The notes under the pieces: generated by a model
Database searches by the model: none
What the model saw: only the letters and a program-made list of their open reading frames with translations
Told to the model about the DNA's origin: nothing
Shown: positions 40,250-52,545 of the stretch, piece after piece
How the letters are laid out: every line of letters starts with the position of its first letter
Position numbering within the stretch: position 1 is the first letter of the stretch
Program-made: the position numbers and the translations under genes
Assembly (NCBI GenBank): GCA_013115125.1
Contig: JABANN010000083.1
Coordinates: 1 to 64,000, forward strand
Direction: 5' to 3'
DNA: 64,000 nt
Source: Perkinsus olseni
Lineage: Eukaryota

Positions 40250-41899
40250 CGAAGAGAGAGCAGCAGCAGCAGCATGACGGTAGAACTAACACCTGTTAAC
40301 TACCGACAGCGTTCCAACACCACCGCACGGGAGGCGGGGTAGTCCGCAGGTAAGCTCTTCATTGAAAGACCACGATGTCTCGACGGAACGCTGGTTATGA
40401 TTCGCGAGGTCATCGGGACTTACGGAGAACTTACGTTACTGGCAACACAACCACCCAGAGGCAACGGCGGCGGGAAACGGGCACTTGTTGTATCAGAGAG
40501 GAAACGGTGATGACCCACACAGCTGAGCACACCGCTGATTCGCGTCAATCACCCAACATGCTGTCTGAGCTGAGAGGTCGAGCATACCTCCATGTACTCT
40601 CCCGGAGGGCTCACCATCAAGCAACAGCCATACGGTAACCGACCTTAGATCATCACCAGCCGCTAGCTGAGTGCTAACCATGAGTAACGGAAGAGCTCAG
40701 CTTGATGAGCACAACTCCGTACGAAAAGGGTTTCGAAAACTCGTTAACACTTTTGGGTAAGAAGAGGTCAGTGCCGCGTGAGAGTTTGGAATCCAAATTT
40801 TTTCTGACTGAGGCCGCCGGTACGAGCGGGCCCTGCGTAAATCGAGAGTCGTCTGAGCCGGCCTCCTCCGGCCCTAACTTTCGTCAGGCGCCACGTAACT
40901 CCATGACGTTCGGTATGCCGATTGTGGAGGATGCTGGCCACGGTTGCAAGAAATCATGATCCGCAGGTGGCACTGACTACCTCGGGCTCAGCAGGAGGGC
41001 CCCCCACGGGGTTTCAAAACATCCTTCGACTCTGCGTGGCCCCGCTGTGAGAGTACAGCTACTATGACCACACCGACCTTGGATCACCACTGAAGTTTCT
41101 GTTTTCTCCCGAACCACCAGCAGTGCGAAGCTAAGGCATGAAATTACCACCCGCGGTATGAGTAATCATACTAACTGAAAACGTATCGCGCATGACGACT
41201 AGCGTATAAAACACCATCAGCACTACGCTTTTAAGCACATGCCAAAACAATTCCTCCACGAGATCCTTGATGACTTTTCCACAGCGATGGCTCCCCCATC
41301 ACGCCTTTTCGTCCAGTGTGTTGATGCCGCGGAGGAAGGAGAGTTTCGGCGTAATACTGTTGGGAGGAGGGTGAGGGCGTCCCTGAAGAAGTGTTCCGAA
41401 CAACAGCCTTACTGCACACTGCTAATGAAGAAAGGACTAACCAGTCGGCACAGCGAGACCCTATGTATCATCATTATCAGCCCTATCACCGTAGAACCGC
41501 AGGCGATGAGGGGCGACACGGAGCAGGCGTATCGCCTGAGTAAAGCCAGGTCGCTTTCGGCGACAGCCTGCCGCACAGAGGGGGATACTCGGGGAACGCC
41601 CGGGTAACTTCACTCTTGCTCCTTCGTCAATCCGTCGCGAGAAAAGAAGGGATGAGAAGCTCTAACATGGGAATCTCAACGGAACTCATAGGCGCAGAAT
41701 TCGTACGTTGAGGAACTACAAGAGTCTCCAAGAGTGCAAGATAGACGGACGAGCCTTTGCACGTATTTTTCATCTGTGTTGATTAAATCATCCATCTGCA
41801 CCATAGTAGCTGTACCCCCGTCATTGCATAGCCCATGCCCTTTGACCCCCTGTCCGGGCTCTTTTCTGTCATCGGTATGGCCAAGGCAGGGCTGCTCCC

Positions 41900-44500
41900 G
41901 CTGAAGCTTGCCTGTGCAGGAGGTGAGCCTCCCTACTCTGCATTCACGGCTGAGACCTCCAGTAAGGTGCTTCCTGTGGTACCCATGCAGTTCCCCTAGT
42001 GGGAGCTGCTACCCACCTTCTCGAGCCCTCTAGCCTAGCTGTCAAGGCGTCTGCTGTTATGGGTACGTCGTAGGCTCTCCCGTCGCTGAAGCGAGCGAAC
42101 GTACCTCAGGTAGCAAGGCAGGAGCCGCTACTGCCGCTGTGGCTCCTCAAGGGCAGTCGGTCATTGACTCTGGCCATGACCATGAATTCTGGTGGCAAGC
42201 CACCCACGAGGTCCCATAGGATGCTGTTCGGCTAGCGGCTTCCCACCATTCCTTTGTGCGTTCAGGGCAAAGGCCTCACCCCTGAGCAGTGGCAGCACCC
42301 TGAAGCGATGGGTATCACCGCAGAAGATGGTGAGACCATCGCCGGGAAGACAGAGGCCGTTTACTGTTTTTGAATCAGTACCGGTTAGCGCCGTGCCGAA
42401 TCCTTACGCCATGACGACTAAGCCGACGGGAAGCTTGTGGGGTCCTTGGCACTCGGGCAGCCCCCCGACGGGACAACAGGGACTCAACGTTAACACCGAC
42501 ATGAAGCACCTCATGCAGCAAGCCAATGAGGTTGACTCTGGCTCCTCACAAGTCTAAAGATACGCCTCTCAGTTGAAAGCGGACCTGATGAAGCACCCCG
42601 CCCTAGCCAACCCTATGAAGATGTACCAAGATATGGCCGCTGAACTGAAAGCCCATGTAGCGCGTCTCGTCCCATCTCCCTTCCATCAGTCACTGCTTGT
42701 AGTACCCCGAGTTCGGCACCTTCATCACCAAGGAGAGCTCCTTCCTCAACTCACCAGGTGGGCATCAGCGCACTCTGGCGAAGGCATCGGGCCCCCTTGT
42801 CTTGGCAGCCGCCTCGCTGTTTCTCACTTACAACGGTGGGGCCCCAACGGACTTCATCGGCACCGTCCCGGCTGATGGTGGTGGGAGTATCTCTTCTGTG
42901 CTGCGCAGTAGGACGAGTACTGCTGGTTCCTTTTAGACGAGGGTGCTCCTGTAGATACTGCTGGCGCGATAAGCGGCTTCTGCCGCGACTACGCTCGGTC
43001 ATGGGTGGCCATGCCAACAGTGGTGACCGAGATCATAGTGTGATGATCATTCACCGACAATAACTCGGTTATCTTCATCAACCCTTAATGACTACATCAC
43101 AGCGACTCAGGATTTCTATCCACCGTTATTATCGTGTTCAAGTCGGCATACCACTCCTTCCACAATTCTCGGGCCCGGGTCCATCCTGTTTCTTTCGGTT
43201 CAGTGACCGGCCTGTGAGTTAGAGCCCATCAGACTCGACAATGCCCGTGGAGCCCGTGACCGGCTCTGCCCTAGCTGTCAAAGCGATGTGCATGCTGCCC
43301 CTCAAGGCAGCGGCCGTCGGTGCTGGATGTAGCCGCGCTACTACCATCGGCCAAGGATTCGCCACTCATGTTCAGCCCACACAGCCGCTGCTGCTGTCGT
43401 TGCTGCTGCGCCCAGTCCGGAGGTCACAAGCTTCGGTGCTACAGGCCCTCCTGAGATAACTATCACCCAGCCTACGGTCACAATGGACCCTACAGGACCA
43501 CCGATGCGTAACCAACACGTGCCGGCTAGTGACAGCCTACACGCCAGCCTCCTTCAGTCATTGTCGACATACCAGCCCCGCCGGAGCTCACCATCCCTCC
43601 TGAGGTCCTAGCTAACGTTGAGAATATCGTCAACGCCATCAGGGTGGGTCTCATGCCACAGTGCTTTGCCGTCGCTGAATACTGCTGCGCAGCTACCCGA
43701 GCCTACCGCTTTCACAGCAACACCGGGGACCTACCGTGAATTCCCGGGGCCCTTCGACGTTCGTGGTAAGTTGGATCGCAGTTGACGGGTGTCGACTTCG
43801 TGCCTTTCAGCCGTGCATCAGACACCTCAAGTAGGAGAGAGGGAAGCAAGGACCCTATCTGACTTGGGTATGCAAGACCTTGTGGACAGGGCAAACGCGG
43901 TACCTCAGGCCCTGCCGTCCGTTGGTAGCCACCGCCATGGTCTCTTCAGCTGAATAAGCAGCTCTTCGAGCACCCCACGATGGGCCTGCCCTCACAGCTT
44001 TACCAAGATGCTTACAACGACATAGTCCGCAGGGTAGGGCCTGTTGGCCTACTCCTCGTAGCAGATTGGTGATGGTGTGTAGATGGACGCGTTCAGAGGC
44101 TACGATGCTTCCCCACAGATCGGGGCCGCTATCATGGAGAACATCGTCCATCCACCAGAGCTCACCCGTAAGCAGACCCGCCACCATCAGTGTTTTCATT
44201 TCTGTCTGCTTCAGCGGTGGCGCCCTCTGCTATCAATGGTATGCTGGTCCCAGTCTTCGAAGCCATCCGCGCCACTTGCGGTGACTGCTGCCGTCGGTCT
44301 GTACCTCAGAGGAGCTCATCTTCCAGCAGCTTCCTCGACGTTGAAGGTGTGCCCGATTCGGCATGGTCTCAGCGGTGATGGTATTCCATTCAGATAGAAG
44401 TCCCCTGAGGAGAGTTCTGATGGATACGTACACGGCATACGCCGATGCCTGGATCGGCATGTCTTCGGCTTTGCACGAGATTATGGCCTAATTGCCTTCT
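41900..44500 (+). other. Degenerate Ala/Pro-rich ORF remnants (pseudogenes or decayed mobile element)
   Basis: Short coding-like frames broken by many stops; two segments share CTAGCTGTCAA(G/A)GCG (LAVKA). No RT, integrase or transposase motif seen. Confidence 0.25.
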
Positions 44501-46096
44501 GTTTACATCACCAATACTCCCTATCAGATTCCTTAATGTGATTTCATTTTCGCCGGTCTGCATCGTGTTTCGAGTAGCTGTGTGAGAGTGATCTCATCAT
44601 CGTCAGGACGAGCTGAGGAACTCGAGCGCTGAGGTGCCGCGTCGTGGAGAGAGTGCGAGTAGCATGGCTTCTTATGTAGTCAAGAAAGCTGTGCCTGAAG
44701 GGTTCAGTCAACTTAGCACTTCCGCGATGACGGATACAGTTGCCAGGATACTCCAGTTCAGATACTGTCAACCCAAGACTACACCTCTTACTTGAATCAC
44801 GATCAAGTTGCAGTGGGTACTTATTAGGTTATTCATTTATTAGTTGGGATATTTACAACTTTCGGTGGGTCTAGAGGATTGAAAGTTTTGGTAAGGAGCT
44901 GTGAGGAAGGCAGGCGATAGGGCCGTGACAAGGAGGCGCGAGAGGGCCATCGCTAGGGCTTCAAAGCTGTGTGCAGAAGTTTCCCGCAGTATGCAAGGTT
45001 GCCAGTTCACTGACCACTTGCGCTAGTGTGCTTCTGTGAGAGTATAGGTAGGTATCGCTCCAGGTAGGTATGGATGGCGACTTGGAACCGAACCGATGGC
45101 ACTACAGTCGACCAGCAATGATGGCAAATACATCTCGGGATGAACGGGCGTGAGCACGCAGTGGTCACAACTAGAAATTTACGTTCGGCAATTAACAAAA
45201 CCAGTTTTCTAGATGAGATCTGATGAGAGCTGCTCTGTGGAATTCATAACGTTCGAAAGTTCTAAAGACCTTCAATTCACTGAGCCCAATTGCGTTGCCA
45301 TATTCACTTGAAATTTGAAGTTCAAATGCTCAAGACCAGCCGAGGACAATTTCTTCTGACTCAGAGACTGACTCTGACTCTCTTCAGGACAATATATGGC
45401 TATCTGTTGGGGGAGTTGTAGGAGCACTAACGATAGTAGGACCAGACCGCGATTGACGAACACGATAGGCCGGAAAGAGCCAATATATGAAAAGGGGCAA
45501 CTACGAGAATAGCTAACTCGTAAAGATCGATCAACTTCATATGTGTACGCATATACATTGGCGCGCCGAACCTAGACGGCTCTACTAACAACTCTAACAC
45601 TATCCCCTTCTACGTTTGCAGGGTCAATACGTACGGACCGTCTCGATCGCAACTGACTCGTTAGTGTGCGTACCGGGTTGTCAGTGACTCGGATGACACG
45701 ATCAAGCCTGAATAATTAGATAAATTGCGAATCTCGATGGTACGTAAACGACTTTATCCGAGAAGGTTTACCGAGTGCAGTCCGCAACGAAACGGGGCTT
45801 CAGCCCTCCAAACCATCGTGCCATTGTCCCGCGCAATGAAATCCCTTCTGAGGCCTCGTGCTGAATATTCTACTATAATGAAAAAGAAGAGGGCTCGCTG
45901 TCGAGAGTAGAGAGAGCATTTAACGAAGGAAGGCTCAACGACCGTCATGCCTACCGAATGCCTCATCGAGGTGCATGAATAAGTTGCAAGAATTGGATAA
46001 GAGTGATGAAGGACACTTCATCTTTGATCGTTATCAGAGAGTACAACGGCGACGAAATTATGCGCAGCCGCAAGCCTCGACCCATGCAAGATGTTA

Positions 46097-47123
46097 TCAT
46101 TTCAAATCGGCGAAACCGATGCGGGAGTTCTCCCAGTCGTACAGGAAAAAATGGCCGGTGAGTGCGGGCAACCCCAGAATCCACTTGTCACTGAAAGTGA
46201 TGGCCAGGAGGCGAACGGCTTCGGTTTCCTTATATACATAGCTAGTTGCGGGTATCTCGAGAAGTGGCAACTCACCGCCGAACCCTTTCATCAGGACGGT
46301 TATTGGTGGTAAGTGTGCAGCGTCCGCGCAGGAGACCTTGAGCAGACCAGATTCCTCACTGAGGGTCACATTAGCTTGAAGCCGGTCAAGAACTGGGTTT
46401 GCAATGCTATGAGGCATCACGAGGGCGTTGGTACCGGTGTCAAAGGAGCCAGGCCCAGACACATCTTCTTCTATCCCCGATGAAGGCTTGGTGACCCGGG
46501 TTCGTAACCGCCATAGACTCCAGAGGGCCTCCATATTTACTCCTGTCTTCACCGCCAAGTATCAGCTCGCCCTTTGGGTCCTCGCCGGCGCTGAGGTACA
46601 CCGAGAATACACTGCTGTTGATAAGGCGCTTATCCTCGGGTTCAACCCGACGGGTTGTGCTCTCAGCTGCCCGATCAGCGGGACGTACCGGTTGAACGGA
46701 CTGGAGCCCTGTGGGTCACCTTGGCGCCAGGCCTAGAGAGGCGTAGGGAGCCCCCTTGGATTCATTGACCAATCCGAATACGATGCCATTAGCGAACACT
46801 TCACCATCCGGAGGGGCGCAGAAAACACCAACCTCAACTTTGTCGAAGATTTTGACGTCAGCCAGGGGTCCCGGAGTGCATTGTGGCGGTTGACATTTAT
46901 AGGACTTGAAGAGGAGCTCCTCGCAACGACCCGGGAAAATATCTTCTATCCATTCTTCCATTATGAAGAACGTATTCGGACTCTGCGTGAGCACCAAAGG
47001 ATACACGTTGTCCTGGTCGACCTCCAGATGAGCCACGAGTTGAACCGAGGTCGCGCTAGAACTCATTCGTCGCGAGAAATGGGGATTCTCACGAGCTTGT
47101 CGCTGCATGAACTGATGATTCAA
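46097..47123 (-). pseudogene. Pepsin-like (A1) aspartic protease pseudogene
   Basis: Contains FSVYLS...GELILGGED, FDTGT, WILGLPAL and YDWENSRIGFA, spread over several frames (breaks near 46720, 46640 and 46470). The first catalytic motif reads LVLTQS. Confidence 0.8.
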
Positions 47124-47147
47124 TGAACCAAATTGATTCAGTGTTGC

Positions 47148-48595
47148 CTCTCATTCAGGGGGTCTTGGCTGAATAGCTATAGTGAACGCAGGAGGAAAAT
47201 GCTCCACCGTCTCCTTCTCTCGGTAGACAGCGGGGCCAGTGTCTGGAGTGCCACCGAGTACTGATGCCTCCTCGACTTCATCTTGGGAAGTTCAGCTCAA
47301 CGCGAGCTTCACGAAGTATCACATGTTGCTACTCATTACTGTTCACCCGAAGAATCAGTCTGGAATTTTATGACACTCTCAATCCACGAGAAAATATGGG
47401 CGCCGCGGATAATCGGGGTTAGACGGCCAGCGTGACGTCGGTGGGGTCATCGACTGTCCTAACATGTATCTGCAGCACCACCTCCGTCAGCAGGCAGTTC
47501 TGGCTGAATGTTTGGTTGTAAATAAGCCATGAGCCTCCCAGGGATTTCGCCTTTGCTTTTCTACTCATTATTGAGCGGGTGGAGTTGAGAGCGATTGCCC
47601 TGAGAATATCCACGGTCCCATGGGTCCTGGGCCATGGTGCCACTGTCCCGGTGACACCACTGGGCAGGCGCCACTGAAATGTTTCAACCAAGGTACAACA
47701 AGTAATTGTCATTTTCATGATGATGGTCTTCTTCTACCTCATAGTCCTCATCACCCAAGCTGTGGCAGCTCCAACCCCCATCCCACCCTTCCCATTCCCC
47801 AAAGGGAAATACGGTGTTGTACTACTCAGACCAACGTATCTGCGTGTCGAGGCTTCCTTCATGTACGTTCGTGCAGTACTACCCAAGCTTCACCTCAGGC
47901 TCTCTTGCGGGCCTAGTAATAGGCGTGGTACTAGATCTTCCTGGGATGGTTGGTTCGATGTTTTCCGAGGTCAACGTCGCAATTTGTTCACATCGAAGGA
48001 CTACCTGACCAGCGAGCAGTATGCGAATCTTCTCACCTTTTACGAAGCTCACTGCGGTCGGGGTAAAGGCAGCAGAGGTGATCTAGCCGTCTTCTCCAAG
48101 GACCCCAACAATGACAGGTATGCCACAAAATTGGCAGGGAGGACGATCTACCTTGAAGTGGATAGTCTGCAATGATGTTGAATCAACATTGTTGATGATT
48201 TTGATCTGGTTATGGTCACGTATTCCAGTGAGCCGATCATATTATGATACGGTCAAACACGGGTTCGTGATGAAACCAGTTGATCCTTTTTGTATTCATA
48301 TACTCATTACCAGACTTATTGAGATAGGGTGGAGGATCGAGGACCCACAATATTACAAGATATCTCTGTGACGCGACCAATCCTTATTCCGAATAAGGAA
48401 CAAGTTATTCGTGATGTTTTCTTGTGAAGTACGTATTTTACGATATCGTTTCGTTAGTCATACGTTGTGATGCTCACGCACTTCAGAGGTTCTTCGTTTT
48501 TGGTCTCTTCTGTCGCTATACCTCCTAAATGGAGAATAGTATTCTCAGAATACTCCTATCGCAGAAGGCAATCTTGGGTTGCTCGAGAGCCAGTC
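47148..48595 (+). repeat. Segmental duplication paired with ~57517-58904
   Basis: Near-identical 5' flank plus signal-peptide region (~47500-47811 vs ~57838-58150) and 3' flank (~48190-48595 vs ~58500-58904). Confidence 0.92.
47717..48175 (+). CDS. Small secreted protein family, type A copy 1 (152 aa)
   Basis: Hydrophobic signal peptide, PFPKGKY, SCG...SWDGWFD, HCG...GDLAVFSKD...YAT; intronless; has paralogs downstream. Confidence 0.8.
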   Translation: MMMVFFYLIVLITQAVAAPTPIPPFPFPKGKYGVVLLRPTYLRVEASFMYVRAVLPKLHLRLSCGPSNRRGTRSSWDGWFDVFRGQRRNLFTSKDYLTSEQYANLLTFYEAHCGRGKGSRGDLAVFSKDPNNDRYATKLAGRTIYLEVDSLQ

Positions 48596-48990
48596 ATCAA
48601 TCGCGACTTCCGGGGTGTCCAGCGGGCAAAGAGGGTATTCCACCATTCGTCCATGATCGATCGGTCCACTGTTTCATCCATAACCGGTTTCGTACACGAT
48701 TGTTTCGTCCATGCGTGGTTGATTCAAAGACAAGCTTATTGTGATCTATTCGGCCACGATCTTTTCGAAGAAAAAATTATTCGTCCAATAGCGCTTCGTA
48801 CATATGAAACTGACGACACCCAAATGTTTTCTAGAGGAATAGAACCCGCGGCCTCGCGAATACGAACATGCAGTCTTAACCTAGCGGATTTGGTAGAGCT
48901 CCCGGCAGGTGAGTAGGTTAGCAGCCAGCGAGTTAATCATACGAGTTGAATCTCATGAAGCTTTTAAAGAGGGTTCCACGGGCCAATCGA

Positions 48991-49253
48991 TGTCAAACTT
49001 GAAGCACTGATCTGCAGTATCTACACCATTTCCCGTGCAAGTTTGACACGTGAGCAGACAAGAATGACATTGTTGAATCCAATATTGACAATGAGAATTC
49101 AAGAATGTCACACCCATAATATGTCGGGTCCAAGATCGACACTGTTTAGTTCAACTTTGACAGGCCCATTTTTGTGCTATTCAAGATTGACAGTATTCCA
49201 TCCAAGAATGACTTGCGCACCCAAGATTGACAATACGCATTCAAGTTTGACAC
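48991..49253. repeat. Phased array of CAAGWWTGACA-like motifs (10 direct, 1 inverted)
   Basis: Copies start at 49038, 49059, 49080, 49100, 49131, 49152, 49182, 49203, 49222 and 49242; inverted TGTCAAACTTG at 48991. Confidence 0.8.
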
Positions 49254-50162
49254 TGCAACACAAAGCTTGCCCAGAGGCGCGCGGCTAGGAGTAGAGAGAT
49301 GCTCTATAGCGCGATCTATATCGTGCCATTGAACGTCATTGATGGCGCGGAGACAGATCGGACAGAAGTGGATCCCACTTAGTGGCGGATCTACGGCGTG
49401 GATTCTACGCCTGCCAGTCAGTGATGAGTGATGTCTGATCATCAGACTCTGATGATGAGTGATGAGTGCCGGTCTGATCGTTCGCGTTGACAGTGATGAT
49501 ACATCGGACCATGCGTTGGACAGAGCTGTCCGGGGGATGCTTCGCCGAACGGCAAAGCCCCGGGGAATGAGTCCCGAGTGAACCTGAGCGATGGCTAGGA
49601 CAGTCCCGTGGTTTTGTATGTTGCGGGGTCTCTACTTGGCACTTTGGGGTTCTATCTGAGGCAGTTGTGGCCCGGCTCTCTGTCTGTCTGTCCCGAGCCT
49701 GAGAACGCGGTTTGTGTAGAGCTTGACGAGAGCTTTCGATTGGTGTGCGATACAACTCGCAACTCGTTCGAATAAAAAAATGAAGGGGGGTGGGCCGGGC
49801 CCTTTTGGAGTCGGCACCCTGTAGGTGCGCTCACGTCAGTCGATCGCTCCAGAGTTCTGCTCCGCTCCCTGCAGGCACTCTTTGCACCCCTTCACAAATT
49901 CTTAGAATAAGTGATGTGCGACCTCGAATACGTTCATGGAGTCGAATTGAGATCTGAAATTTCAGCATAGCACCCTACTAGTTCCTATACACCTCTCCGC
50001 CAACGCCTATGATCTCACTCTACCGACCCACAGAAATCCAGCTCTACCTCACTTTTTCAACTCCACAAAATCTTAGCATATTATCTAAGCCTAATAATTC
50101 GACTAGTTTGTAGCGATTAGAAAATCATATCAATCGGCTCATGAGATACTCAGTAGCTTGTC

Positions 50163-50560
50163 TTAGCACTGCAGAGATAAAACATCAACGAGACGCTCAG
50201 GAACAGAGTTAGTGCAACTTTTGATCACCTCAGGAGGAATTTGGGACCAGCAATGGAAAATGGCGGTTCTCAGTTCTGCCAGAGTCCGAAAAATCGGCTT
50301 GCCTCGGCCGTAGAATGTTCTCACCATGTAGCCCCAGATGTTTCCGATTGGGCTGAGGTCAGGGCTTAAGGCTGGCCACTCAACAGACGTCACTTCGCTT
50401 GCACGGAGCCGCTCAGCGGTGCTCCTGCTGCTATGGCAAGGAGCGTTGTCTTGCTGGAAGACGATACCTTGGCTTAAGGTCCTTGGGCCTTAAGCTCTTC
50501 CCAGTATGGTAAAAAATGATTGGAGAGTACAACGAACTAGTCCGCAGGGTAGGCTGCGTT
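50163..50560 (-). mobile_element. Tc1-family (DD34E) transposase remnant
   Basis: GIVFQQDNAPCH...VEWPALSPDLSPIGNIW, with 34 residues between D and the E position (here G). Upstream VLSNHFLPYW is in another frame with a stop. Confidence 0.88.
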
Positions 50561-51534
50561 GTCCTTCTGCGCGCGAGAAGTAGCGCGCAAAGAAGAAGTG
50601 CGGTATTTTTTGATTTCCATACCTTTAGACGCTCCAATGAGTATTTTCTTGCTCGGGAGAACATATAGTTTGAGAATGTTACATTCTGAATGTACTGCCA
50701 AAGATCCGGTACAATATATCTCTCCTCAGCCCCACCCCCGGCCACCTGTGCACTATCATTGCGCCAAGTTTGTGCCAGAAGCGCACATTCGATGGTTTGT
50801 TTGCAGTGCTCCAGTATGAGGCTCTGTCGCATCAACTCTGTCGCGTTCTGTACAGTGAAAGATCCTCACGAAACACTGACGATCTGGGTTTACTCTAATG
50901 CTTACTGTTATTGTCCTTTACTGATGAGTGGAATGAAAGTACTGAGGTCACCGAACTCTGTTCACCGTACGAAAATCGCGCGGATTCCAATAATTTGTGC
51001 GGCGTCCTTCTGCTACATATAGTATGCGGATCCTGAGAGATCACAGCCATAGATTGGAACCAGTCTCTGATTTTGTGATACAAGATTCAGAGCAGACTCC
51101 GGCGCCATGTCTCTACGGCGTACGAATTGAGAGGGGATGGGGAGATGTGAGACGCGACTCACTCTGTGCATGTCTGAAGCTGGCCATACACGGCTACAAG
51201 GGGCGCTACAGTGACATCCATGTCTTTTGTAACATCTATCCACTAAGTGAGAACGAGTCGGTACTCTTAGAGCATCAACACCGCTGATACTTACTACTAC
51301 TTGGAGTCCTAGTCTAGGGCCCCTTAGCCCGAGACGGACGCTCAACGCTCACGTCACGTCATTTGCGTGCATGCGCATGCGTTCTAGGTTGCGCTATGGG
51401 TCCCCCTTTCGCCGACCTCCTCTCGGGTGCATTCTCGGCTCCCTTCGAGACCTGCCTCGAACAGCCCCATTCTACTGAGTTACAGTGCCGGAACCAGCTG
51501 GGTTATACGTAGGCTACTAGTTGAACCTATCATT

Positions 51535-51966
51535 ATGATTTTCCTTTATCTCATGCTGCTACTCAATGCCCTGTCTGTAGAAGGGGGGCTCCCCGTGCCA
51601 TTTCCCCAAGGGAGATACATTGGAGAACTATGGTTCCCCTATCTGCGCATCGAGACGAACTTTGTGAATAACGGGGAAGTACATAAGGTGGATTTCAGCA
51701 TGAGCTGCGAGCTCCAGAGAAAGCCTTTTTCTGTGAGCTTCGATATCGTTCGTGTGAACGGGACCTCGGATTCGTTTGTGTACAAATAATATCGTAAATT
51801 CGGGTCACAGTATATCTATATCCTCTCACACTTCGCTTTCTATTGGGATCGAGGTCAAGCTCGAATTGGTGACTTGGCCGTGTACTCCAAGGCTCCCTCG
51901 TTTTTCGGCTACACCACCAACTTGGAGAACGACACCATTCTTCTCCTCCACTCACCTTGCTCATAG
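51535..51966 (+). pseudogene. Small secreted protein family, type B copy 1, single in-frame TAA at 51787-51789
   Basis: Signal peptide plus PFPQGRYIG; the same frame continues past the TAA into GDLAVYSK...YTTNLENDTILL, homologous to the family C-terminus. Confidence 0.75.
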
Positions 51967-52545
51967 ATGAATTTTGATGGAGTTAACGGCATTGCTTGAT
52001 TGTTTTGATGGTGGATGAGACCTGGACCAGGGCTCCTGGGCAGCGGTGTTACTGACAGTGATTTTCTATGCTCGAATGAGTCGTTGGACGGTCCACAACT
52101 TCGTGGAGGTCCAACTTGGACCTCCACGAAATAGTGGATTCCGTAAAATAGTTTATATAAAGGAGATCGATGGACTGTTTTGTGTGTGCACACATCAGTC
52201 GGCCGATCTCTGCAGTTTACCGATTCTATCAGTCCTCCTCTTTTGATGTATCGGATACTATCGGGCGGTTTCAAAGGCCTTTTACAGTGTTGGTCGGAGA
52301 AGTTGTCTTATCGTCCCTTTCGGACCTCACTATCATTGCGCCAAGTTTGTGCCAGAAGCGCACATTCTATGGCCTGTTTGCAGTGCTCCAGTATGAGGCT
52401 CTGTCGCATCAGCTCTGTCGCGTTCTGTACAGTGGGAGGTCTCCATGCACCAATAATGATCTGAGCTTCCTCTAATTTTCACTGTCATCGTCCTCTATCG
52501 GAGAATCCTCGAGAAATTATGTCACCGAATTCTGTTCACCCCACG

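Noticed and set aside
48991-49253. CRISPR array
   Set aside because: Repeats are only ~11 bp and degenerate, spacers are 8-20 bp, there are no cas genes, and the context is eukaryotic.
4256-51789. Stop-codon reassignment or systematic read-through suggested by in-frame TAG, TGA and TAA in paralogs
   Set aside because: These stops occur only in redundant duplicates. Long conserved frames (WD40, CCCH, kinase) have no internal stops and end at ordinary stops, so pseudogenisation is the simpler explanation.
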